Positions 1 through 10,743 of a DNA stretch of 64,000 nt are shown here, piece after piece. The notes beneath the pieces were generated by a model. It was not told where the DNA came from. It searched no databases and saw only the letters and a list, made by a program, of their open reading frames with translations. Made by a program: the position numbers and the translations under genes. This DNA is from Takakia lepidozioides (taxonomy: Eukaryota; Plantae; Bryophyta): assembly GCA_030704615.1 (NCBI GenBank), contig CM060731.1, positions 29,698,001-29,762,000 of the forward strand, read 5' to 3'. How positions within the stretch are numbered: the first letter of the stretch is position 1; every line of letters begins with the position of its first letter.

Positions 1-2380
1 GATGCAGATTCGCTTAATGCAGTCATGGACCATTTCTCCGTGTTGAGCTCTCCCAATATTCGAAACCTGGTGAATGCACTCAGAATGGGCACAGGCACTG
101 CTGGATTCATGGACAACATTATGGACCTGAAACGGAGGAGTCGCTATGAATTCATTCAAAACAGTATCTTCCCTGGCCAGGGCTTGTCCAAGGTGTATTT
201 GTTCAAGATGTCCGCTGTGGGCGAAGGCAGTGGTGTGAGCATTGTCCGCCGTATGCAACCAGGAGGAGATTTGGCTAAATGTTGGTTAATGTTTGATCAC
301 TGCAAACGGGTGAAGGGTTGGACAACCATGGCGTGCCATGTGTATGATCCGGCGTACCAGCGTGTGCTCTCCATAGCAATTTGTGATATGCAGTCGGAGG
401 ACACTGAATCCCAGATGCTCATGTGGAATTCGCTCTTGGCCGTCATGCAGCGCAATGGAATACAAAACACAAATTTTGCGGGCTTCATGGCTGATAGTGC
501 ACAGGCAAATTTCAATGCAGTACGACGCGTGTTTGGTTCGGGGGATCCTAAGGTCCCAATGGAAAATAGGGAGCGCACATGCCTCTTCCATTGGACTCAA
601 TCTCTGGCACGTCATACAAAGCGCTGCATTCGCCCTGACCTGCAGTTGGAGCACAGAAGGCTTTGTCTCAAGTACAAGAATGCCACCTCAATGGGAGAAG
701 CTGAGAGCACTTACCAGGCAATCCGGGCTTGGTGGTTCTCCTCTGGTGCTGCAACAGGTACCCACGTCAATGAGTTGGAGGACTGGTTGGTTTTTTGGCA
801 CTTCAGATACAGACAGTGGGGAGCTTTCATGACGACGGTAAGCCTCTTCAATCCCAAAAACAGAAATTTTGCATCGTGCCTGTTCATTTGGGGTTCTTCG
901 ATTGTCACTTGAAGAACCTCTACCATTTGTTTTCGTTCCTCACATATCCATGCAATGCCTCCTACAGGACATGTCCTTGGAGGACTTGGCCGACATGCCA
1001 TCCTGTAATTTGGCGGAGACTGTTCACAACGCCTGGATGCAGCAGTCTACCAAAGCAGGTCGTGACTTGTATGTGGCCACTGCTGATGACATGGTGCGTG
1101 CACTTACACAACAAACCAGGTACCGCAATTTTCTGATGGGACGGGGTGGAGGCAAGGGCCCTGATACGACTTTGTTGATGCTAAGGGCTGCGAGTAGGTC
1201 CGGAGTCCCGTCAAAGATGGCCAGAGCTCTAAACAGATGCACTGAAGGGTCCCCTCTACAATCCAGGATCCCCCATTTGGAAGGCGAGGAAAGATTTGGA
1301 TCATGCAAAAGGAAATTGAACACTCTTCCAGGGTCAGATGGAGATTCCCATCGGCCAGACAGGGTCAATTTCTCTGTGCCAAAGGTGTCTCCACTGCAGA
1401 CTGAGTCGTGTGCCCGCCCCTTCCCAGGTGGGTCCTCCTCCAGTGGAGCAGGTGCAGAACATACAAGCACAGCAGCGGGAATCCCATTGGAGGAGGCGGT
1501 GGCCATGGTGCAGGAATCCGATTGCATTGATAGTGAGTGGCATATAGAACGCACCCCACCAGGATCTAGAGTGGCTTGCATGGCAATTCGGACCCCCTCA
1601 TTCAAGAAATGCAAATCAAAGATATGCAAAGGCTCCAGGGGGACTCCAGCTCCAACATTCACAGGGTTGTTCCGACCTTATCATAGTGGGGAGTCAAAGG
1701 ACCACAAATTTTGGTTCTGCCCAGACGATATGGCACGATGCGTGAAGGGAACAGTTCGTCCTTCGGTGATAATGAAACCCCCTCCCCCCGCAATTTGGCC
1801 TGTGCAAATTGGGACGTCGCTGTCATCAACCGAGATAAGCATGCTGGAGGAGGGAGGGTTCTGTCTTGCACGGTCCCGGGTGGTGCCCTCATGCACTGTC
1901 GGCACAGATGTGCCACATGCTCCGGCAATGCCGCCACCCGGTGCCGACTCCCACCCAACAAAAAGAGATGGAAAAACAGTGCGCCGTTTCGCTTCGGGTG
2001 CAGATCACGAATGCAAGATGGAATCTGCTAGAATTTTGCAGGCTCGGGTGTCTCGTATCACCGAAGTCCCTTCTCCGGGGTATGGACTGATTTACACAGT
2101 GCTGTCAATTGGGTCAGTTCTTCATGACAAAGAATATCAGGTTACCGTTGGGAATTTCCCTTCGTGCACTTGTCCGGACTTTGTAACGATGCGTGAGGGC
2201 GCTCTCGGCATGAGAGGGAAGTGGGTCCCCTGCAAGCATCAATATTACATATACCTTGTGATTATGTGTTGCGACGGTAAGAGAGACCAATTCATCCACC
2301 AAGCCACACTAGGCTATGGAGAAGTGAACACCCTTCTACAGAGGGACACCTCGCGTGGAGCTCCGCCAACTTCTCTTTGA
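1..2380 (+). CDS. MULE/Mutator-like DDE transposase with Cys-rich region and C-terminal SWIM zinc finger (element 1; 5' part outside window)
   Basis: ORFs 25-912 and 869-2380 join in frame through a GT-AG intron at 838-967. Motifs: WLMFDH (D1), GFMADSAQAN (D2), CLFHW (CxxH), CNLAETVH (E), and SWIM SCTCPDF...PCKHQYY. The frame is open back to base 1. Confidence 0.85.
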
Positions 2381-2800
2381 ACACATACGAGCCATGCCCG
2401 CTTCCCATGCTGGTTTGCAGGTTGCCGTGTGAAGACTTTGCATTTCTGACAAACATATGGATTTTGTTTACGGAACCAGGGCAAATGCACATGCAATTCA
2501 TTGTAAGCGTCTATCTGTGAATTGAAATAAATTGTGACAATCATTCTGAGCTCAAATCTGCCATGTTTTCATATTTCTGTTTTTGAGCGGGCATTGCAGA
2601 CATGGTGTGTGTTGGCCCCCTTTGTTTTGTCCATGGTAATAGGCCCTCTTCCTGCAATCCTCGCCTATAGGACCTTCTTCTCTAGCAGATTTGTGCCGCT
2701 CACGCTTCCCTGAAGCGTGAGCTCAGCTCACGCTTTGTAGCTTGAACGTGAGCTCAGCTCCCAGGCTCACGGGGCTGGGCTCACGCCGTAGCTACGCTCA
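1..2800 (+). mobile_element. Element 1, right (transposase-side) part; ends ...GCTCACGCCGTAGCTACGCTCA followed by TSD GTAAGAAC (2801-2808)
   Basis: Subterminal GCTCAC/GTGAGC cluster at 2697-2787. The end resembles the element 2 right end (GCTCATGAAATAGCTAACCTCCA). The reverse complement of the TSD occurs at 26305-26312 next to the matching left end. Confidence 0.7.
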
Positions 2801-2924
2801 GTAAGAACAAATCCACTTCAAGAATGTCAATACCAGCACAACCAGAAAGGGTTTTCAATGAAATAAGAGAGCGGAGGGAGGTGCCTCACAAAATCTGGAA
2901 GCAACTTACAATGTGACCACTCAC

Positions 2925-5900
2925 TCGTAAACCGGGGGCTCCTCGGCCTCGATCCCAACTTCCTCCCCCTGCTCCTTCTCGGATTTTTCCTCATCCTCCG
3001 AGGATGCCGCTTCCTCTTTCGGCAGACGTTCAGCCGCTGCAAGTTCCGAGTTGTGGAGGGCAGTATCTGGCTCGAAGGCGAACACATGCCTGTCGGACAA
3101 CGTCCCTGCCCACATTGAAGCACTTGAGGAACAAAGCGGGCGGTTAATAGCTTGCGGCATGCAATTGCAATTGGGCCAGGGGACAAACTGAGCATGTGAA
3201 AGCTTACCCGTGCCGCATGTGAAGTCCAGAATCCGCCCTTGGACATCCGAGCACGTCTCCATGAGGGTTTGGATGAAAACAGGGCTCCGGGTCTGGCTGT
3301 ACCGCCACGGTTTGCTTGTCTTTGTGTCCTTCGGCATACTGGAGTGGGGCACATAGTTGTAGAGGACATCGTAGGTTACAGGGTCCACAGTGGCATCAAC
3401 AAGACGACCGTCGTTGCGGAATTTGAACGTAGACCCTCTCTTCACAAAGCAATATGCCTCAAACACCAATGTCTGCACATCCAACAAAGAAGGGATCAAC
3501 TCCAGGGTCTACTTAACATACACCACAATATGAAGTGAATGCAATAGATTGATAACTTACACTTTGGCCCTCTGTTCGCAACCCCTGTGTACTGATGCAG
3601 AACCATTTTCTGAGGAGGACCGGGGTGACACTTTTTGGTGTCCACCTTGCCACCGCATTCTCTGTGGTCTTCCCTCTCGTGGCAAGGACAACCACACATC
3701 CACCGTCATCCAGAAGCATCCCCGCCAGCCCAAACCCGGCTTTCCAGTAGTCCTCAGTAAACCTGTTCCAGGTGGGCACACCATCCAGGCCCTCCAGCAG
3801 CTCCCCATCTAGAATGTCGAGGAGAATCATGTCGCAAGCTCTCTCCACCTCAACCCCCCCCCCCCCCGAGTGCTCTTGCAATCCGTGCTCACAGCCGTGA
3901 AGAATTCCATCATGGCTTCAAAACCAGGGGTGTCTTTAGGCTCTGTACCGCCAGCCCTCTTCTTGGCTTTCCCCTTCTGCTCCGCCAGAGACTTGCTATG
4001 TGCCACCTTCTTTGCCCTGGCGGCGAGAGCATCAAGGAAGCTCTCATTGACGCATTGGATGATGGTTGGAGGTTCTAGCTTTGGCCTGTGCGTAAACGTC
4101 ACCGCCGAATACCGCCGTGTAGGCTCGCCCTCAAATGCCAACTTCTTGGCAGAGCCAGTCCCACTCCGAACTGACTTGGGAACCCGGACGACTGGTGACT
4201 GGGTAGGAGCAACAGCAGTCACAGGACCTTGAACAAAGTCGTCGTCCGAGTCACTCTCTTGGGTCCCCTCCTGCGCCTCCTCCGATGCCCCGATGGTTTT
4301 CTTCTTTTTGGGTGTTACTGCACTCACCTGTTTCCTTGTCCTTTTCCTTTGGCCTTTACTCTTCTCATGCAATTTCTCCTGAATTCCTGCCTGAGCAAGC
4401 TCTGCCGCTTTCCTGGAGTTCGCAAGCGCTTTTGCCTCTTTTGCACCCAACGGAGGCAGCGGAGCCCGGTTTCGTCGGAATTCAGCATCCAGCTTCAATT
4501 GAAACTCGGATCGGTCGAGCGAGCCGGGCGGAAGGTCCACATACCAAGGGCAATCACGCAAATGTTCCAGATGCCACTCCTTCACAATATCGTCAGTGTA
4601 CATGGAGTCAGCCCCAGGGTTCCTCCATGCCAAGAAGAATGGTGGCTCGAAAGACAGATGACCTTTCTCCAAAAGGGAGAACTTGCAGTACCTGCATTCA
4701 TGAAAAACACAATGAGGTCCCTGAAATGCATATTCGGCACCATTTTCCCAGGTTGGGGCAGACGTGAGTGGGCCTAGAAATGGAAAAATGGCGCCGAATT
4801 TCGGTTTTCGGTGACTGCCACCCTAGGGACTTAGCCATCTTGGGAGCCCTGAACTGGAAATTCGGCGCCATTTTTCCCGGTTTGGCCCGAAGATGGCTAA
4901 GTCCCAGAACTGCAATAGGGACTAGAATTGGAAAAATGGCGCCGAATTTCCAGTTCAGGGCCAGCCACCCTACGGACTTAGCCCGAAAATGACTACGTCC
5001 CTGAACGGCAATAGGGCCTAGAACTGGAAAATGGCGCCGAATTTCCAGTTCAGGGCCAGCCACCCTAGGGACTTAGCCCGAAAATGGCTACGTCCCTGAA
5101 CGGCAATAGGGCCTAGAACTGGAAAATGGCGCCGAATTTCCAGTTCGGGGCCAGCCAGTCTAGGGACTTAGCCCGAAAATGGCTAAGTCCCTGAACGGCA
5201 ATAGGGCCTAGAACTGGAAAATGGCGCCGAATTTCCACTTCGGGGCCAGCCACCCTAGGGACTTAGCCCGAAAATGGCTAAGTCCCTGAACGGCAATAGG
5301 GCCTGGAACTGGAAAATGGCGCCGAATTTCCAGTTCAGGGCCAGCCAGTCTAGGGACTTAGCCCGAAAATGGCCAAGTCCCTGAACGGCAATAGGGCCTA
5401 GAACTGGAAAATGGCGCCAAATTTCCAGTTCCGGGCCAGCCAGTCTAGGGACTTAGCCATTTTCGGAGCCCTGACTGGAAATTCGGCGCCATTTTCCCTA
5501 ACACCACATAAGGCCTCTAACATCCTGAAATGCAAGGACTTGAAAGAAAGGCAGCGCGTATGTACCTGTACAGAAGGCGCATTGCTGCTTTGTCCGCGTT
5601 CGGCTGGTTGGTGAACTTGTGGCTCCGGCGAGCATCTGTTATCTCCCGAAAGAATAGGTTGGTTTTGTAGAGCAGAAAGTACCTCGTCACATAGTCGCGT
5701 AGGCTCTCTACTGCAGGAGATATCTCCATCTTGAACTGATGTGCTTGTGTGTCCAGCTGCTCTTGCGCATTTGTCGTCACCTGTGGAGATTCTCCATCAG
5801 ATCGCTTTCCTGATAAAATACAATGAATCCACCCCCTACTAGAGTAGAAGCCCCAAACGAAGCGTGGGGAAGTACCTGAAACCACCATGTCATGCGGTTC

Positions 5901-8241
5901 ATCCACATGTCGAATGTGGGGTCAAAGAGTTTGTCCGGTTTGGGGAAGCTCCACATGTCCCTGGTACTTTGGGAACCATTCCAGATTTGGAGCCACCTGG
6001 TCTGTCCAACCACCCAGCATATTCGTAAGCGCCAAACACCACAAAAAGGAGTTGTTGCCACCACAATTTGGTTAAGAATGTATCACCTTTTCTGTTGCAT
6101 CCACATAGGATGTGGCTAGATGATGGAGCTTCTCCAATGTCATCATGGGCTTCAGAGCGCGAGAGTAGTGCTTCCCCACCTCCACCAGAAAGTCGGCACC
6201 AAGGGCGGGATCAGCTATGGCCACGTACTTTACCATCCGCGACTTGTACTTTATGCGGGCCCTCACCTCCGCAGCTTTGACATACGATTCGAGTGCCGGG
6301 AGGGTTGGATTCTTCTCCTCTGACTCCATGTAGAACCTCCGCGCATGTGCCAAATCCTGCTGTATTTTTGTCTGTCAAGAATGCGCACATAAGATTAGAG
6401 ATCCTGCTCAACACAATTTCTTCTATTGGGGGAGGAGATTAGAAATCACGGTGAAGACCTTTTCTTCTATTGGGGGAGGAGAGACAAATTAGCTCAACAA
6501 AATTGTCCGGAGCTTTACCCGAAATATGTAGTCCACCATGGCGTCGACGCTCAGCCTATACCAAGTTCTGTCTGCCTTTGCCTCCGACTTGCGCAGGAGG
6601 TCGGCACTGAGGGAATTGGCAAACTCTTGCACCCCCTGCTTCCCGACATCCTTCACTCGGAAGAGCATATGGGACAAGTTGGTGGCAATGAAGGCATTCT
6701 CAGTCACCCTGCAGTGCCACATTTCCATCAAACAATACTGAAATGGGAATTTCATCATATATGAGGATTCGCAATGAAATGACTTCCAAATTCAAAGTCC
6801 AAAAGCGAGAGGCGTTGTAACTTACGAGTTGATGTCCGCCATTGCAGCTTTGAGAAGACTGCGATCTTTGGGCCCCGCAACCTTCAGCACAACACACTCC
6901 ACGGCGAAATGCCAATCGAGGTCGTTGGGGTGGGCTTGGGCAATGTGCTCCATCCATGCCAGGAGGCGATGATTGCCGTCCCACACGTAGAACATCTTAC
7001 TGGACAAGTGCTGGAAAAGAGGATCACTAGCAATCGATCTCTCGAACTCCTCATTTCGCGTTTGCCAATGGGGACCCGATTTGTCCACCTCATCGGAAGT
7101 GTGGGCACGGGAAGCTCCGTGGTCGTTCTCAATGGAAACGTAAAATGCGGCAGACCCCATTCGATATCCATCCCGGAAAGAGAATTTCAGCTTGTCGATA
7201 TCGCCTGGGAGGGCAGGTCTCACCACCTGCAATGACACCAAGCGGCAAAGGGGAATTCGAAGCTTGGCCGGGTACACCATGCCCCCAGCACCCTGCCAAT
7301 ATTGCTGTGGGTTGCCTCCAACATCTTGGCAGCGGCCAACTTCATATCCGCCTCCGACATGACATCTGCTGCAGAGGGGTTTTCCGGCAGCCCACCAGGA
7401 TCGCCAAATCCAGCCTGTATGCTCTGGGTTTGGGGCCTGGGGATGTCCGGGAGGATGTCATCCTGGTCAGAAAGCTCCCTATCGTCCTCCTCAACAGGGT
7501 CAGCCACCTGCGAAATCACCTCCAGCACTCTCCCCGTCTCTATTGCCCTCTCCCTGGCTTCACCTCGAACTTGCACAATCCGTGCTCTTTCTGGTGTTCT
7601 TTCCTCTCCTCCACTCTCCACCGTATGGGTAATTGCAGGGGCTGCTCTTGCCCGCGATGGTCTAACCGGTGTGTTGCTGCCTCTTTGTGGTGTCTTGGAG
7701 GGATCCACCGTCTCTGTGCGTCCCTCACTTACATGGGAATCTGTCAGTTCGGAACCCCTGGCCTCTTCAGTGGCCTTTTCTCTTTCCTCCTGGCTAGCCT
7801 TGTGTCTTGCCTGTTCTTTTGCCCTCTCTTTTGCCCTCTCACGGGCTTTCTGTTTCTTATTAGGGCTAGCAGCAGGGGAGCACGGATGGACGACCACCTT
7901 TGAGGTAGGCGAACTGACACCCTCGCGTGCACTGCGAACTCCCCCCTCCGTAGCCCGTGACGGCTCTCGCGCCGGGGATTGCACGTGCTTGGCTTTCTTC
8001 TTCTTCTTTGCTTGGACGGGCCCTACTGCTTCTGCATCAACAACTCCATTGCCGGATCTGCTGTTCTCACTTCCTCACGCCCTTCACCTGCCATGAGGCC
8101 TGCACCAACCTCCCCAATGCCTATTCTGTCATACTCTCGCTGCAGGTCCTCCCGTCCACCAACAAAAGGTTGAAGTTTGCCCTCTCGCTCCAAGGTGGGC
8201 GGTTCAAACATGCGATGAGTTGCAGCAGTCGATGATACCAC
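2925..8241 (-). pseudogene. Multi-exon cargo gene of element 2: acidic/low-complexity N-terminus + ParB/Srx-like domain + helical region + beta-class amino (N6A/N4C) DNA methyltransferase-like domain; frameshifted
   Basis: 6822-7280: IPLCRLVSL...YVWDGNHRLLAW...AMADINS. 3560-3870: DMILLDILDG...LLDDGGCVVVL. 3060-3300: RSPVFIQTLMETCSDVQGRILDFTCGTG / ASMWAGTLSDRHVFAFEPD. Collinear, region by region, with the gene at 19500-25410. Apparent frameshifts near 8060, 7275, 4675 and 3865. Confidence 0.75.
4730..5500. repeat. 95-bp tandem array of double-hairpin units inside cargo intron (~4692-5565)
   Basis: GCCCGAAAAT recurs at 4981, 5076, 5171, 5266 and 5361. Each unit has AGGGACTTAGCC..GGCTAAGTCCCT and GAACTGGAAAATGGCGCCGAATTTCCAGTTC inverted repeats. 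Confidence 0.95.
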
Positions 8242-8994
8242 CAGCGTGCCGGGCTCGTCGTCACTCTGTCATTCCCAAAATCGTGAGAACCAACATCGGT
8301 GCCAAAACCAGCATCGCAACCACCATAGCAACAATCGTGTAACAAAAATGAAAACATAACAAATTAAGGAAGTATGGAGAGCCATGCAACAACAATGAAA
8401 ACAAATGCAACCATTGCCTGAGAATGACATGCACAAGCAGCCTTCTCCAGAGCTGCCGGATTTGCACACGCATTGCAAACAATCTAAGGTTCACTCAACT
8501 ATCTAAGGTTCACTCATCCAGCGAAGCCAGGATGAAGATGCAAAAACAAAGCGAGGCAACAAAGCGAAAGCGAAAGCGAAATCGAACAAAGCGAAAGCAG
8601 AAGTGGCTTGCCTGAGAGTACTCGGCTTCAGTTGGCGCGGGTTGTGAGCAAGACACTGGAATCTCCTGCTGGAGCTTCAGTTTGGCCATGCGAGAGATTG
8701 GCCGCCGTCCGTAGTACAGAGCTTTCAACTTCCGCCGCGGTCTGGATGTGAGGTCTCTCTCAGGAGAGCCACGCCCTTCAGGCGGCATAAGTCCCAACCA
8801 AAATGGAAAAAGATCTCCGTTTTTGGGGTACATGCCTCGAATAGCATGTTAAGCCAAGATTAGCATCAGATTTAGGGTACTTATCCAGGAAGCCATGTGT
8901 CGCCAGCCCGAATGAAAACGGACGGCGGTGGACATTTATTGCCCAACTGCGCAATTAAATGTCGGATGAAGCCCTCCATGTCGGATGAAAAACG

Positions 8995-9635
8995 ACGGAA
9001 CTTGGCCCGGAATTTCCAACGTAGAGGTAATTCGGAGCGCTGCAGGATGGAAATCCGGCGCCGGATTTCCATCCTGCAGGTAATTCGGAGCGCAGCAGGA
9101 TGGAAATCCGGCGCCGGATTTCCATCCTGCAAGGTAGGGCGGCGCGCGAAATTTCCCTCACGCAGGTAATTCAGAAAGCGGATGGATGGAAATCCGGCGC
9201 CGGATTTCCATCCGCGCAGGTAGGGCGGCGCGCCAAATTTCCCTCACGCAGGTAATTCGGAGGCGGATGGATGGAAATCCGGCGCCGGATTTCCATCCAC
9301 GCAGGTAGGGCGGCGCGCGAAATTTCCCTCACGCAGGTAATTCAGAAGCGGATGGATGGAAATCCGGCGCCGGATTTATCCGCGCAGGTAGGGCGCGCGC
9401 GAAATTTTCCCCACGCAGGTAATTCAGAAGTGGATGGTTGGAAATCCGGCGCCGGATTTACATCCGCGAATGTAGGGCGGCGCGCGAAATTTCCCTCACG
9501 CAGGTAATTCGGAGGCGGATGGATGGAAATCTGGCGCCGGATTTCCATCCGCGCAGGAAGGGCGGCGCGCGAAATTTCCCTCACGTAGGTAATTCCCTCA
9601 CGCAGGTAATTCAGAAGCGGATGGATGGAAACGTT
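8995..9635. repeat. ~90-bp tandem array containing the perfect 30-bp palindrome GGATGGAAATCCGGCGCCGGATTTCCATCC
   Basis: Palindrome or close variants at ~9045, 9098, 9184, 9269, 9355, 9440 and 9521, alternating with GGGCGGCGCGCGAAATTTCCCTCACGCAGGTAATTC. Confidence 0.95.
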
Positions 9636-9679
9636 TTTCTTGGAAATCCTTGACTGCTAGAGCAAATCGGAACAGCCTC

Positions 9680-10620
9680 GAACGGGAAATTCGGCGCCGT
9701 TTTTCCATTCTGGGAGGTTTTAACGACTTCCTTTTGAGGGGACCCGATGGAAATTCGGCGCCGATTCCATCCGGGGGATGGTCTCTATCGGAGAGGTGCC
9801 GGCCTCTCCGCCGCTCTTTGGATATTCGGTGCCGAATTTCCGTCCGGGGATTGAAATATGACGGCCAGGTGCCGGCCTCTCCCCCCTCCCCGACTGCATT
9901 GGAACGCCCCGGATGGAAATTCGGCGCCGTTTTTCCATCTGGGGAGGTTTTTATGTCGGCCAGTTTTTCGGCTGACCCCCGACACGACTTCCTTTGGGGG
10001 GCCCGGATGGAAATTCGGCGCCGAATCTCCTATCAGGGATGCTCTGTCGAACCCGCCGGCCTCTACGCCCGGGCGACTTCATCCGGGCGTCCCCTGGTGC
10101 CGAATTTCCGTCCGGGGGTTGAAATGTGACGGCCAGGTGCCGACCTCTCCCTCCTCCCCAACTGCATCCGAACCGCCCCGGATGGAAATTCGGCGCCGTT
10201 TTTCCATCTGGGTGTTTTATGCCGGCCAGTTTTCGGCCTGACCCCCCGACACGACTTCCTTTGGGGGGGCCTGGATGGAAATTCCGCGCCGAATCTCCAT
10301 CCAGGGGATGTTCTCTGTCGCACACCGCCGGCCTCTGCGCCCGACCATCCGGGCTTCCCCTGTTGTATATTCGTGCCGAATTTCCGTCCGGGGGTTGTAA
10401 TGTGAGGGCCAGATGGCGGCCTTTCCCCCGAGCCGACTGCATCCGAAAGCCTTTTTCCTTTTGGGGGATCCGAATGGAAATTCGGTGCTGAATTTCCATC
10501 CGGGTGTTCTCTGTCGACAGGTGCCGACATCTCTGCCCCAGACGACTTCATCCGTGCGGCCCCTGTTGGATTGGGTGCCGAATTTCCATTCGGGGGTAGT
10601 AATGTGACGGCACGGTGCCG
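9680..10620. repeat. Degenerate repeats built on GGATGGAAATTCGGCGCC / GGTGCCGAATTTCC upstream of transposase 2
   Basis: The motif recurs more than 10 times in both orientations, and blocks 9830-10060 and 10095-10330 are near-duplicates. Confidence 0.85.
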
Positions 10621-10743
10621 GCTTCTCCCCTTCAGCCGACATCATCCGGACGGCCCCCCACTTTCTGACTGCATACCGTTGGCAGTTATTGCGCAAAGAC
10701 CAGGGGCCGCATTCCGGAGACAAGGTTCATTAACACTCTGACT

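Noticed and set aside
7145-8096. Long plus-strand ORFs (252 and 264 aa)
   Set aside because: They are antisense shadows of the low-complexity N-terminus of the minus-strand cargo gene.
8881-10723. Many overlapping ORFs with MEIRRRISI / WKFGA repeats (also 4698-5063, 14380-14952, 20316-21435)
   Set aside because: These are by-products of GC-rich palindromic arrays read in several frames, with no protein-like complexity.
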